Shown here: one piece after another, positions 40,732 to 49,610 of the stretch
Layout: every line of letters begins with the position of its first letter
Numbering within the stretch: position 1 is the first letter of the stretch
DNA from: a virus
Taxonomy: Duplodnaviria; Caudoviricetes
DNA length: 64,000 nucleotides
Reading direction: 5' to 3' (one strand)
IMG/VR virus record: IMGVR_UViG_3300032236_001024
Location: 64,001-128,000 of that record
Made by a program: the position numbers and the translations under genes
The notes under the pieces: generated by a model
Seen by the model: the letters and a program-made list of their open reading frames with translations, nothing else
Databases searched by the model: none
Told to the model about the DNA's origin: nothing

Positions 40732-41096
40732 TGTTTGGAAGATTGCCTCTTATACTTTTCGGAATAATATTTTTTATAGGCACATTTTGGACTTGGCTCG
40801 CTGTACATGATCATAATCTTAGAGTAGAGATTATTGCTGAGTTTAATGCACAACAAGAACAACTGCTTGCTGAGAAAAAGGCAGAGTTTGAAAAACAAAT
40901 GAACGATCTTAAAGATAAGACAACTATATTACAAAAAGAAGTAGATGATAAAAATGCTTCTATAGGCACAATGATAACAGAAATTGAATCAAGTGCAAGT
41001 AGAATGAAAGATGCTAATGATGATGCTGCACCATATCTTAAAGAAATTGTAAAGAATATGCAAAAGTCATTTGGTGAAAAGGTGAACAAGAAATGA
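40731..41096 (+). CDS. Putative i-spanin (Rz-like)
   Basis: N-terminal transmembrane helix then a long coiled coil. Overlaps the following lipoprotein gene. Confidence 0.7.
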   Translation: MFGRLPLILFGIIFFIGTFWTWLAVHDHNLRVEIIAEFNAQQEQLLAEKKAEFEKQMNDLKDKTTILQKEVDDKNASIGTMITEIESSASRMKDANDDAAPYLKEIVKNMQKSFGEKVNKK

Positions 41097-41374
41097 AAAA
41101 AGTATTATTAATATCTTTGCTTACTTTGACTGGATGTGCTTCTGAAGAACCAGTAAAGCTTTTAGCACCAGAATACAAGGTTGTCAAGATTCCAGAACAA
41201 CTTTATGTGTGTCCTGTCATAAAGAACTATCCAGATGCATCTAACTTGACAAATAAACAAGTTGGTAGTCTTTTGGTAAATGTTCAGAAGAATAATATGA
41301 TGTGCAAGAATTCACTTGATAGCATCAAGAAATATATGGACGAGGCAGAGGCTACAGTAGCCAACAAAAAATAA
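41093..41374 (+). CDS. Putative o-spanin (Rz1-like lipoprotein)
   Basis: Signal peptide with lipobox LTGC and a Pro-rich mature part. ATGA overlap with the i-spanin. Confidence 0.75.
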   Translation: MKKVLLISLLTLTGCASEEPVKLLAPEYKVVKIPEQLYVCPVIKNYPDASNLTNKQVGSLLVNVQKNNMMCKNSLDSIKKYMDEAEATVANKK

Positions 41375-41377
41375 CTC

Positions 41378-41405
41378 TTGACTTCTTTTTCAATGAGCGT
41401 ATAAT
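41378..41405 (+). promoter_or_regulatory. Sigma70-like promoter upstream of primase
   Basis: TTGACT-N16-TATAAT, followed by GGAG SD and the ATG at 41438. Confidence 0.7.
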
Positions 41406-41437
41406 CAGTAATGCATCATTGAAATTGGAGATATTTA

Positions 41438-42478
41438 ATGAGTAATATTTGGTTAGATCAGAAGTATGCTACACTTCTTGGAACACAACTTGAAAGATTC
41501 AAGATAGTAAATTCTAAGCCATTTGGTGCAAGATTTAGATGCCCAATATGTGGCGATTCCAAGACAAACAAGCTAAAAACTCGTGGTTACTTTTATGAAC
41601 ACAGTGATCGTATCAATGTGAAGTGTCATAATTGTGGCTATAGTACATCTCTTCAAAAGTTTATTCAGACAATTAATCCTGTTTTGTATTCAGAGTATAG
41701 GATTGAAGTCTTAAAGAACACTGATCAGCCTAAAGAAGAACCTGAGAAGTTCGTGACTGATGTTACAAAGTTTGCATCACGAAGAGTTGATCATTTTGAT
41801 CCGTTCAAATCTTTAAAAAAGATATCTCAATTGCCTCATGATCACGTTGCAAAAAAATATATTTTAGATCGAAAAATTCCCTCAAATACGCACTTTAGAC
41901 TTTACTATTCACCTACATATTATCATTGGGTGAATGAAATTGTCCCTAATAAATTCAATGAAAAGGCTTTGAAATATGATGAGCCTCGTATCGTTCTTCC
42001 TTTCATTGATGAGAGGGGATATGTATTTGGATTTACTGGCAGAGCAATTCTTCCCTCAACAGGTTTACGTTATTCCACAATCATTCTAGATGACACGAAG
42101 CAGAAGGTATTTGGTCAAGAGACAATAGACAAGAGAAAAGTTGTTTATATTGTTGAAGGACCAATCGATAGTCTGTTTCTTGATAACTGTTTAGCAATGG
42201 CAGGATCAGACGTTAACTTTAATTTGCTTGCAGACCCTAACAAGATTGTGGTAATATATGACAACGAACCAAGAAATAAGGAAATTGTTGGTAAAATTAA
42301 TAAAGCAATCGATCAAGGATTCAAAGTTTGCATTTGGCCTGATCACATCAAAGAAAAAGATATAAATGATATGGTAAAGGCTGGTCATTCTGGTGCATCT
42401 ATTCAATCGATAATTGATCACAATACATTTGGTGGTCTTTCAGCCAAAATGAGAATGCAGAGTTGGAGCAAGTTATGA
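41438..42478 (+). CDS. 61: DNA primase (T4 gp61-like)
   Basis: Zn finger RCPICGDS...KCHNC, GRA motif, and TOPRIM motifs VEGPIDSLF and YDNEPRN...KDIND. Confidence 0.92.
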   Translation: MSNIWLDQKYATLLGTQLERFKIVNSKPFGARFRCPICGDSKTNKLKTRGYFYEHSDRINVKCHNCGYSTSLQKFIQTINPVLYSEYRIEVLKNTDQPKEEPEKFVTDVTKFASRRVDHFDPFKSLKKISQLPHDHVAKKYILDRKIPSNTHFRLYYSPTYYHWVNEIVPNKFNEKALKYDEPRIVLPFIDERGYVFGFTGRAILPSTGLRYSTIILDDTKQKVFGQETIDKRKVVYIVEGPIDSLFLDNCLAMAGSDVNFNLLADPNKIVVIYDNEPRNKEIVGKINKAIDQGFKVCIWPDHIKEKDINDMVKAGHSGASIQSIIDHNTFGGLSAKMRMQSWSKL

Positions 42479-42642
42479 TATACACATCAATAATACAATC
42501 AGACGAAAATGGAGAATTGTTTATAGTTATCCCTGATGATCTAATCAATGAACTTGATTGGAAAGAAGGAGATACTTTAGACTGGTCCATTGATGGCGAC
42601 ACCGTAATTCTATCACGCAAAGAGGCAGAGAAAAATGATTAA
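42475..42642 (+). CDS. Small AbrB/MazE/SpoVT-like protein (55 aa, not in ORF track)
   Basis: MIYTSIIQSDENGELFIVIPDDLINELDWKEGDTLDWSIDGDTVILSRKE fits the IP......L.W..GD.L swapped-hairpin pattern. Overlaps both the primase stop and the nrdA start. Confidence 0.65.
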   Translation: MIYTSIIQSDENGELFIVIPDDLINELDWKEGDTLDWSIDGDTVILSRKEAEKND

Positions 42643-44929
42643 TACAGTTTTAGTAACAAAGAGAAATGGGCATAAGGAACGTTTGGATTTAAATAAATTC
42701 CATAAGGTTGTCGCATGGGCGTGTGAAGGTATTAATGGCGTATCTGAATCTGAAATTGAACTTAAGTCTCAGATTCAATTCTATTCTGGTATCAAGACTA
42801 CAGATATTCAAGAAACTCTTATCAAGGCTGCAGCTGATCTTATTTCAGAAGATACTCCCGGCTATCAGTATGTTGCAGGTCGTTTGATCAACTATCATCT
42901 AAGGAAGCAAGTTTATGGCGACTATAACATCCCTCATCTTAATGACCATATTTCTAATGTTATTGACGCTGGATATTATGACAAGGATATTAAAGAATGG
43001 TATTCTGTTGATGATATTAATATTCTTAATTCATATATTGACCACAAGCGAGACTGCCAAATTGCTTATGTGGGTATGGAGCAATTTAGAGGCAAGTATC
43101 TAATTAAGAACCGTGCGACGGGACATATATATGAGACACCACAGTTTGCATATATGCTGATTGCGATGGTGCTATTTCGTAATTATCCCAAAGAAACTCG
43201 CTTGAAGTGGGTAAAGGATTTGTATGATGCAACATCTACTTTTGAAATTTCGTTGCCAACTCCTATTATGGCAGGTCTCCGCTCGCCTCAAAAGCAGTTT
43301 TCTTCGTGCGTCCTTATCGAAACTGGCGACTCACTGGATTCAATCAATGCTACAGCTTCTGCTGTTGTTAAGTATGTTTCTCAAAAAGCTGGTATTGGTA
43401 TTAACGCTGGGCGTATTCGTGCTATCGGGTCTCCTATTCGCAATGGTGATACTACACATACTGGTGTCATTCCCTTTTATAAGCACTTTCAGAGCGCAGT
43501 TAAGAGTTGCTCACAAGGTGGTGTCCGTGGCGGTGCAGCAACTCTTTATTACCCTATCTGGCATTTGGAAGTTGAAGACCTATTAGTTCTTAAGAACAAC
43601 AAAGGAACAGAAGATAACCGTATCAGAGGTTTGGACTATGGCGTTCAATTTAACAAGGTTATGTACGAAAGGCTTCTTACTGGAGGTAATATTACTCTTT
43701 TTAGCCCTAATGATGTTCCTGATCTTTATGACTCTTTTTTTATTAATACCGATAAGTTTAGATCATTATACGAGCAAGCTGAAAACAACCCGTCAATTAG
43801 AAAAAAGTCAATCCCAGCAATAGAATTGTTCTCTGCTTTCATGCAAGAGCGCAAGGATACTGGTCGTATTTACTTGATGAATGTCGATCATGCAAATGAT
43901 CATGGTGCTTTTATTAAAGAATTGGCACCTATTCATCAGTCTAATCTTTGTTGTGAAATTGACTTGCCAACCAAGCCACTATCTGATATAAACGATGAGA
44001 ATGGCGAAATTTCACTCTGTACTTTGGCTGCTATTAATTGGGGTAAAATTCGTGAACCTTCTGATTTCGAGCGCCCTTGTACTCTTGCTGTTCGTGCCCT
44101 TGATGAGTTGCTTGACTATCAAGACTATCCAGTGCTTGCAGCCAAGAATTCCACGATGGCAAGACGCCCTTTGGGTGTTGGTATTATTAATCTTGCTTAC
44201 TGGCTTGCTCGTAACGAACTTAGTTATCAGCATATCGATGCTGATGGATTGAACAAGCTTCATACGTTTGCTGAAGCATGGTCTTATTATTTGATTAAAG
44301 CTTCCATTGATCTAGCGGAGGAAAAAGGTGCGTGTCCGAAAAGTAATGAAACAAAATACAGCCAAGGTGCGTTCCCCATACACACCTACAAGAGAGAACT
44401 GGACGATATTGTATCGCCTGAATATAAGATGGACTGGGCTTCGTTGGGCAATAAAGTTCAGCAGTACGGCATCAGGAATTCAACGCTTATGGCTCTCATG
44501 CCATCAGAAACATCAGCACAGATTAGCAACGCAACGAATGGTATTGAGCCACCTCGCTCTCTTGTATCAGTCAAACAGTCGAAAGATGGAGTGCTCAAGC
44601 AAGTTGTACCAGAAGTTCGTAAACTTAAAAAGAAATACGACCTACTTTGGGACCAACAGTCACCCGAAGGATATCTTAAGATTTGCGGGGTATTGCAAAA
44701 GTTCATTGATCAAGGAATATCCGTTAACACCTCGTACAACCCTAAGTTCTACGAAGATGAAAAGATACCGATGAGTGATATGATTGGGCATCTGCTTCTA
44801 GCGTATAAGTTGGGAACGAAACAATTATATTACTTCAACACCAATGATGGTGCTGGTGAATATGAAGACTTGACTCCTTTGGCAAAAGGTGATAATGTGG
44901 AAGAGGATTGTGAATCATGCAAGATTTAA
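42635..44929 (+). CDS. nrdA: Class Ia ribonucleotide reductase alpha subunit with ATP cone
   Basis: N-terminal VTKRNG ATP cone; PTPIMAG, QFSSCVL, SCSQGGVRGG and SNLCCEI motifs; C-terminal CESCKI. Confidence 0.97.
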   Translation: MINTVLVTKRNGHKERLDLNKFHKVVAWACEGINGVSESEIELKSQIQFYSGIKTTDIQETLIKAAADLISEDTPGYQYVAGRLINYHLRKQVYGDYNIPHLNDHISNVIDAGYYDKDIKEWYSVDDINILNSYIDHKRDCQIAYVGMEQFRGKYLIKNRATGHIYETPQFAYMLIAMVLFRNYPKETRLKWVKDLYDATSTFEISLPTPIMAGLRSPQKQFSSCVLIETGDSLDSINATASAVVKYVSQKAGIGINAGRIRAIGSPIRNGDTTHTGVIPFYKHFQSAVKSCSQGGVRGGAATLYYPIWHLEVEDLLVLKNNKGTEDNRIRGLDYGVQFNKVMYERLLTGGNITLFSPNDVPDLYDSFFINTDKFRSLYEQAENNPSIRKKSIPAIELFSAFMQERKDTGRIYLMNVDHANDHGAFIKELAPIHQSNLCCEIDLPTKPLSDINDENGEISLCTLAAINWGKIREPSDFERPCTLAVRALDELLDYQDYPVLAAKNSTMARRPLGVGIINLAYWLARNELSYQHIDADGLNKLHTFAEAWSYYLIKASIDLAEEKGACPKSNETKYSQGAFPIHTYKRELDDIVSPEYKMDWASLGNKVQQYGIRNSTLMALMPSETSAQISNATNGIEPPRSLVSVKQSKDGVLKQVVPEVRKLKKKYDLLWDQQSPEGYLKICGVLQKFIDQGISVNTSYNPKFYEDEKIPMSDMIGHLLLAYKLGTKQLYYFNTNDGAGEYEDLTPLAKGDNVEEDCESCKI

Positions 44930-45078
44930 TTGAAAAGTATGCAATCATTATGGCTCTTGGTAATAATGGTGGCGAATGGGCTACTCATTATACTGAGAAA
45001 CAGAAAGACCTTTGGCGTAAACGTGCTGAACAACTTATTAGAGATGTTCAGATGGAACTGAGTAATACACATTACTGA
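44917..45078 (+). CDS. Small hypothetical protein (53 aa, not in ORF track)
   Basis: MQDLIEKYAIIMALGNNGGEWATHYTEKQK... open frame filling the gap after nrdA. Confidence 0.55.
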   Translation: MQDLIEKYAIIMALGNNGGEWATHYTEKQKDLWRKRAEQLIRDVQMELSNTHY

Positions 45079-45079
45079 T

Positions 45080-45292
45080 ATGGATAAGGATCAACTGTAT
45101 AAAGACACCGATATTCGTGTCATCGATCAAAGAATTGGTATGGGTATCGGTGGTTTGAATACAGTTATCCGTCTCTATCATAAACCAACTGGTATCCTTA
45201 TTGAAATGCCACCAGTAATGAGAAATCAGTTCCTTGATAAGAAGTTGGCATTTGAAATGCTTGAGTATGCTCTCAGTGAAATTGGAGAATAA
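45080..45292 (+). CDS. Release-factor (RF-1 domain)-like small protein lacking GGQ
   Basis: DIRVID...G.GG...IRLYHKPTGILIE...RNQF..K..A...L resembles the class I release factor domain 3 pattern. Confidence 0.5.
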   Translation: MDKDQLYKDTDIRVIDQRIGMGIGGLNTVIRLYHKPTGILIEMPPVMRNQFLDKKLAFEMLEYALSEIGE

Positions 45293-45465
45293 TGATGGAT
45301 AAAAATGGTCTTCAGATAGTTGTTCATGAAACAGAACCGACAGCTAAAATTTATATGTTTATTGATGGAAAGTACACACATTGGGTTGAATTTGATATAG
45401 ATCAAATGTGGAATTTACTTAATACTGTTCGTGAAAAAATTGATGAAATGGCGGAGAATATGTAA
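45292..45465 (+). CDS. Small hypothetical protein (57 aa, not in ORF track)
   Basis: Open frame MMDKNGLQIVVHETEP... with TAATG coupling at both ends. Confidence 0.55.
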   Translation: MMDKNGLQIVVHETEPTAKIYMFIDGKYTHWVEFDIDQMWNLLNTVREKIDEMAENM

Positions 45466-45884
45466 TGGATAGACGTAGTATGCTTTCATTCCTTGGTTTT
45501 GGTGCAGTAGCTGCTCCAGCTGTTGTCAAACAGTACGCTTCTAATCCTGTTCCAACATATGGATATGATGATAGTATCAAAGCTACTCCTGCTATTCTTG
45601 AAGATCGTGCTGACTATATCAAGCGTATGCAAGATGAACTTTCACAACTCAACGATCCTAAAGAGTGGATGGCTAATAGATTGGCAGAAGAGTTGAGAGA
45701 TTTCTATAATGGATACAGTTCATTTCGATATGAAACTATGGACCCAGACATTCGCAATATGAAATCTGTATCAGAGTCTGCTAAAATTCGTATGCATTTT
45801 GAACGTAAAGTTAAGCGTATACACGAGTCGCAGAAAACTTCAGTTACAAATCGTATCGCAGAATTTATGGGAATAAAGGCATGA
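45465..45884 (+). CDS. Hypothetical protein with twin-arginine-like N-terminus
   Basis: MDRRSMLSFLGFGAVAAPAVV: RR, a hydrophobic core and an AxA-like site. Confidence 0.6.
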   Translation: MDRRSMLSFLGFGAVAAPAVVKQYASNPVPTYGYDDSIKATPAILEDRADYIKRMQDELSQLNDPKEWMANRLAEELRDFYNGYSSFRYETMDPDIRNMKSVSESAKIRMHFERKVKRIHESQKTSVTNRIAEFMGIKA

Positions 45885-46102
45885 GTAGCACTGTTACACA
45901 GTTGAACCCACCTATTCCTTTGATGACACCAAAAGGAAAAGCGATGGCGCATTTTCTTATTGATTATGGTATTGAGAATGATCTTATGTGGGTATGCTTT
46001 CAGGACGACACTAGTGAGTGTTGGACTTGGGAAAACGCATATATAAGAGCACGAACAAACGAAACAATTGGTCGAAACAAAATGAGTAAGATAAACAAAT
46101 GA
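45881..46102 (+). CDS. Hypothetical protein
   Basis: ATGA overlaps on both sides. QLNPPIP..TPKG...D.G...W..F...ECWTW pattern seen in phage hypotheticals. Confidence 0.6.
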   Translation: MSSTVTQLNPPIPLMTPKGKAMAHFLIDYGIENDLMWVCFQDDTSECWTWENAYIRARTNETIGRNKMSKINK

Positions 46103-47205
46103 GCTATTCAGTATTTGATTCAAATAATAAGAAAGATGCAACACAAGTAAAGGCTTTTTTCGATGATGCTCCTACTATTGCAAGATATGATAGACAGAAA
46201 TATGCTTGGATTGAAAAACTCACAGACAAGCAGCTTGGATTCTTCTGGCGTCCAGAAGAAGTCGATATTTACAAGGATGCTAAAGACTTTAAGGATTTGA
46301 CTGTTCATGAACAACACATTTTTACGTCAAATCTTAAGCGTCAGATACTCTTGGACTCTGTGCAGGGGAGAGCGCCAACTATTGCGTTTGGACCTATATG
46401 TTCCCTTCCAGAATTGGAAACGTGGATCACAACATGGGCATTCTCAGAGACTATTCATTCGAGAAGTTATACCCATATCATTCGGAACATTTACCCTAAC
46501 CCATCGAAAGTATTTGATGATATAATCGAGATCGCTGAGATTGTTGATTGTGCTAAGGATATTAGTAAGTACTATGATACTCTTATTGATATGAATCAAC
46601 GTGCTGCTAGTGCAACTCATCTTCATCTCGTGCCAGTTCCATATCAGCACAAGAAAGCTTTGTGGCTCGCTCTTATGTCTGTCAATGTTCTTGAAGGAGT
46701 AAGATTCTATGTCTCATTTGCGTGTAGCTGGGCGTTTGCCGAAGTCAAGAAGATGGAAGGTAATGCGAAAATTATTAAGTTCATCGCTAGAGATGAAAAC
46801 GTGCATCTTGCTGGAACACAACAGCTACTCAAGGCGTTACAGAAAGAAGATGAAGACTTCGCCAGAATTGCAGAGGAAACAAAGCAAGAGTGCGTCGAGT
46901 TATTTATCAATGCTGTTGAGCAAGAAAAGGCATGGGCAAGTTTTCTATTCAAAGATGGATCAATGGTTGGTCTTAACGAAACGCTCTTGAATGAATACAT
47001 CGAATGGATCGCCAACAAGCGTATGACTGCTATTGGATTGCCTACTCCTTATAAGGGTGGAAGTAATCCTCTTCCTTGGACACAGAAATGGATTTCTGGT
47101 GCAGAGGTTCAGGTAGCACCACAGGAAACAGAGATTACCAGCTATGTAAACGGAGGTGTTAAGAAAGACTTGACAACTGATACTTTTAAAGGATTTTCGC
47201 TATGA
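46099..47205 (+). CDS. nrdB: Class Ia ribonucleotide reductase beta subunit
   Basis: FFWRPEE, QILLDSVQGR, ETIHSRSY (radical Tyr), LEGVRFY, RDENVH, and C-terminal QVAPQETE motifs. Confidence 0.97.
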   Translation: MSYSVFDSNNKKDATQVKAFFDDAPTIARYDRQKYAWIEKLTDKQLGFFWRPEEVDIYKDAKDFKDLTVHEQHIFTSNLKRQILLDSVQGRAPTIAFGPICSLPELETWITTWAFSETIHSRSYTHIIRNIYPNPSKVFDDIIEIAEIVDCAKDISKYYDTLIDMNQRAASATHLHLVPVPYQHKKALWLALMSVNVLEGVRFYVSFACSWAFAEVKKMEGNAKIIKFIARDENVHLAGTQQLLKALQKEDEDFARIAEETKQECVELFINAVEQEKAWASFLFKDGSMVGLNETLLNEYIEWIANKRMTAIGLPTPYKGGSNPLPWTQKWISGAEVQVAPQETEITSYVNGGVKKDLTTDTFKGFSL

Positions 47206-47468
47206 ATGAATCAGATGAATATAAGCGTGGATGGTATGATGGATATCAGGCTGCAAAGGAAGATAAAACAAAAATCTACCAGACACAACCTCTTGGTCCA
47301 GCTAAAACAATGGATATTCAATGGCCTGATAGGATTCCAACTACAATGCCATTTCCACCCAGTCGTTATAGTAATGTTTGTACATTGTGTAAGATAGACC
47401 TAAATAAGGCGACACATTATGTGTGTTCCCATCCAAATTGTACATCACAAATCAAAGTAACATGTTAA
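47202..47468 (+). CDS. Hypothetical protein with C-terminal Cys/His motif
   Basis: YKRGWYDGY N-terminus and CxxC...CxHxxC C-terminus. ATGA overlap with nrdB. Confidence 0.55.
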   Translation: MNESDEYKRGWYDGYQAAKEDKTKIYQTQPLGPAKTMDIQWPDRIPTTMPFPPSRYSNVCTLCKIDLNKATHYVCSHPNCTSQIKVTC

Positions 47469-47478
47469 GGAGAAGAGA

Positions 47479-47643
47479 ATGAGCGATAGAGAAATCACAT
47501 GCGGTGAATGTGAAGCAGAATTTCAGGTTGTACATGATAATATTACAGACCCAGAATTCTGTCCATTTTGTGGTTCGAAGTTGAGATATGAAGACGAAGG
47601 TAATTGGTATGATGATGACGATGACGGAATAATGGACCCATAA
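47479..47643 (+). CDS. Small zinc-ribbon protein (54 aa, not in ORF track)
   Basis: MSDREITCGECEAEF...FCPFCGS with an acidic tail. AAGGAG SD upstream. Confidence 0.65.
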   Translation: MSDREITCGECEAEFQVVHDNITDPEFCPFCGSKLRYEDEGNWYDDDDDGIMDP

Positions 47644-47660
47644 TAATATAATAAATAGGG

Positions 47661-48092
47661 TTGAAGGAGAACAACCCTATGTCTTATGAAAATCCGTGGC
47701 TACATGATGATACAATAATTGAATCTGATATAATTGATAATTATGTTGGGTTTGTATATCAAATAACAAACTTGACAAACGACAGAAGATATATAGGTAA
47801 GAAGCTTCTTAAAAGGACTAAGACAAAACAAGTTAAGGGAAAAAAGAAAAGAAGCCTCGTAGAATCTGATTGGAAGACATATTATGGGTCCAATAAAGAA
47901 CTACAAGAAGATGTTATCCAAATGGGTGCATCAAATTTTAAACGAGAAATACTTCGTCTTTGTAAGACAAAAGGTGAGTGCAATTATTTCGAAGCGAAAT
48001 ATCAATTTGACCTAAGAGTTTTAGAGAGTGAAGAATTTTATAATTGTTGGATACAACTCAAAGTGCATAAATCGCACTTGAAAAATTTATGA
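47661..48092 (+). CDS. GIY-YIG endonuclease (T4 endonuclease II/DenA-like); probable start 47679
   Basis: GFVYQITN...RYIGKK and ESDWKTYYGS...REIL..C motifs. SD GGAG precedes the ATG at 47679. Confidence 0.75.
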   Translation: MKENNPMSYENPWLHDDTIIESDIIDNYVGFVYQITNLTNDRRYIGKKLLKRTKTKQVKGKKKRSLVESDWKTYYGSNKELQEDVIQMGASNFKREILRLCKTKGECNYFEAKYQFDLRVLESEEFYNCWIQLKVHKSHLKNL

Positions 48093-48104
48093 GGAGATGG
48101 TAAA

Positions 48105-48476
48105 ATGGAAGTATTAATCGCAGTTGTCGCTCTTGGTATTCTTGGGTGGTTTATTTGGCCCAAGGCTAAGAATGTTGCTGATGTAAATCATGACGGTAAG
48201 TTGAACACTGATGATGCTAAGGCTGCAGTAGCTAAGGCTGAAGAAATCGTCAAGGAAGAAGTCAAGAAGGTTGAAGAAGTAGTTGTTAAGGTTGAAACTG
48301 CTGTGGCTGCAGAAGTAAAGGAAGAAGCTGCAGCAATTGCCAAGACGATTAAGAAGAAGGTCGCAAAGGTAGAAGCTGCTGCAACTGAAACTGTTGTCAA
48401 GGCAGAAGAAAAGGTCAAGAAGGCAACGACGAAGGCAAAGGAAACCATTGCAAAATCAACATCGAAGAAGAAGTAA
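48105..48476 (+). CDS. Membrane-anchored Lys/Ala/Glu-rich protein with EF-hand-like loop
   Basis: N-terminal TM helix, DVNHDGKLNTDD loop, low-complexity KAE tail. GAGGAG SD. Confidence 0.6.
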   Translation: MEVLIAVVALGILGWFIWPKAKNVADVNHDGKLNTDDAKAAVAKAEEIVKEEVKKVEEVVVKVETAVAAEVKEEAAAIAKTIKKKVAKVEAAATETVVKAEEKVKKATTKAKETIAKSTSKKK

Positions 48477-48510
48477 TAGACCTACCAAAGCAATAAGGGT
48501 AGTAAATGAT

Positions 48511-48687
48511 ATGGGGGTCATGTCCGTAGTAGGAGAATGTCCCTCATGTCAAACAGGCGAAAGAAGTTTAATAATAACAGACTTCATTCAAAATTTTTTT
48601 AGTAGTACACAAAGCACGGTCTATATGAGGTGTATTGCATGTGATACTACATATGAGACTACAGTAAGTTCATTAGCGGAAAGGTGA
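48511..48687 (+). CDS. Small zinc-finger protein
   Basis: CPSC...CIAC. The listed 48394 start overlaps the previous gene, so a later ATG is more likely. Confidence 0.5.
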   Translation: MGVMSVVGECPSCQTGERSLIITDFIQNFFSSTQSTVYMRCIACDTTYETTVSSLAER

Positions 48688-48693
48688 TATATT

Positions 48694-48963
48694 ATGGGTA
48701 AGAAGAAGACACGTTCGAAGTACACTTCTAGTGGTGGTTCACCAACTATTTCTAGGAAGATTAGCAATGCAGTTCGACATGATGTTGATGCTGGTACAAC
48801 TTTGATTCGTCAGTTGAAGATGTGGGCTAAGGGAAAGAGAACCATGGTTACTATCGAGAATCCAAACAAGAATGAGACCAACAAGAAGTTCATTCGTGTT
48901 GAAGGTAATGATCCTCGTGCATTTGGTCCTTGGAAGAGAGCTATCAAGGAAGTTGGCGCATGA
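48694..48963 (+). CDS. Conserved basic hypothetical protein
   Basis: W.KGK...VTIENPNKNETNK.FIRV motif recalled from T4-like phages. Confidence 0.6.
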   Translation: MGKKKTRSKYTSSGGSPTISRKISNAVRHDVDAGTTLIRQLKMWAKGKRTMVTIENPNKNETNKKFIRVEGNDPRAFGPWKRAIKEVGA

Positions 48964-49205
48964 TTACGGTGTATGGAAAACACAATTGTGGGTATTGCAC
49001 CAAGGCAAAGAATCTTCTTGAGTCAAAGAAGATTCCTTATCAGTATCTAACAATTGGTGAGGATATTGGTGTGGATGAATTTGTCGCACTCTATCCAAGC
49101 GTAAGGACTGCTCCGTACATCCTAAATAATACTACAGCCATTGGTGGTTTCACTGATTTGAAATCATATTTGGAAGAAACATCTGGTGGGAATGAGAGTT
49201 TTTAA
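48960..49205 (+). CDS. nrdC: Glutaredoxin (NrdC/GrxC-like); start corrected to 48960
   Basis: MITVYGKHNCGYCTKAK with CxxC, T.P.I and IGGFTDL motifs. ATGA overlap with the previous stop. Confidence 0.88.
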   Translation: MITVYGKHNCGYCTKAKNLLESKKIPYQYLTIGEDIGVDEFVALYPSVRTAPYILNNTTAIGGFTDLKSYLEETSGGNESF

Positions 49206-49217
49206 AAAAGATAAATA

Positions 49218-49589
49218 ATGTATAACAAACATAAACAAGAAAGCCTTTATTACATGACTGATCCAATTATAACTCCTATCATGGGGAAAGTTCTATCTGG
49301 TACTGGAGGCTTTGTAGGTGGAGCTACGTTCATGGCATTTTATCGTCCAAAAAATGTGTGGGACGCAGCGATACGATCAAGCGTCAGTACAGCATCTGCA
49401 ATCATAGGTGCAATACCTTTGATAGAATACTACAACATTCCAATATCAATGGATAATATTATTCTATCTGGTGCTGTAATTGGTTTTTGTGCATGGAGTC
49501 TTTTAACACTAGCAGCAAGAATGCTACTCAAAATTCAAGACGAAAAGACAGAAATCAAACTTCCAGAATTCATTAAAACAAAACAGTAA
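49218..49589 (+). CDS. Putative holin-like membrane protein (probable start 49254)
   Basis: Three hydrophobic segments and a basic C-terminus. ATAAATA late promoter abuts the 49218 ATG, which favours the later start. Confidence 0.45.
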   Translation: MYNKHKQESLYYMTDPIITPIMGKVLSGTGGFVGGATFMAFYRPKNVWDAAIRSSVSTASAIIGAIPLIEYYNIPISMDNIILSGAVIGFCAWSLLTLAARMLLKIQDEKTEIKLPEFIKTKQ

Positions 49590-49610
49590 AACTTTACAAT
49601 ATAGGATATT

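Noticed and set aside
44930-46098. Intron or homing endonuclease between nrdA and nrdB
   Set aside because: Both genes are intact and of normal length, and the gap is filled by five small coupled ORFs without HNH, GIY-YIG or LAGLIDADG motifs.
47661-48092. GIY-YIG gene as a mobile homing endonuclease
   Set aside because: Short, with no C-terminal DNA-binding repeats, and in the usual position of the conserved EndoII-like gene of T4-like phages.
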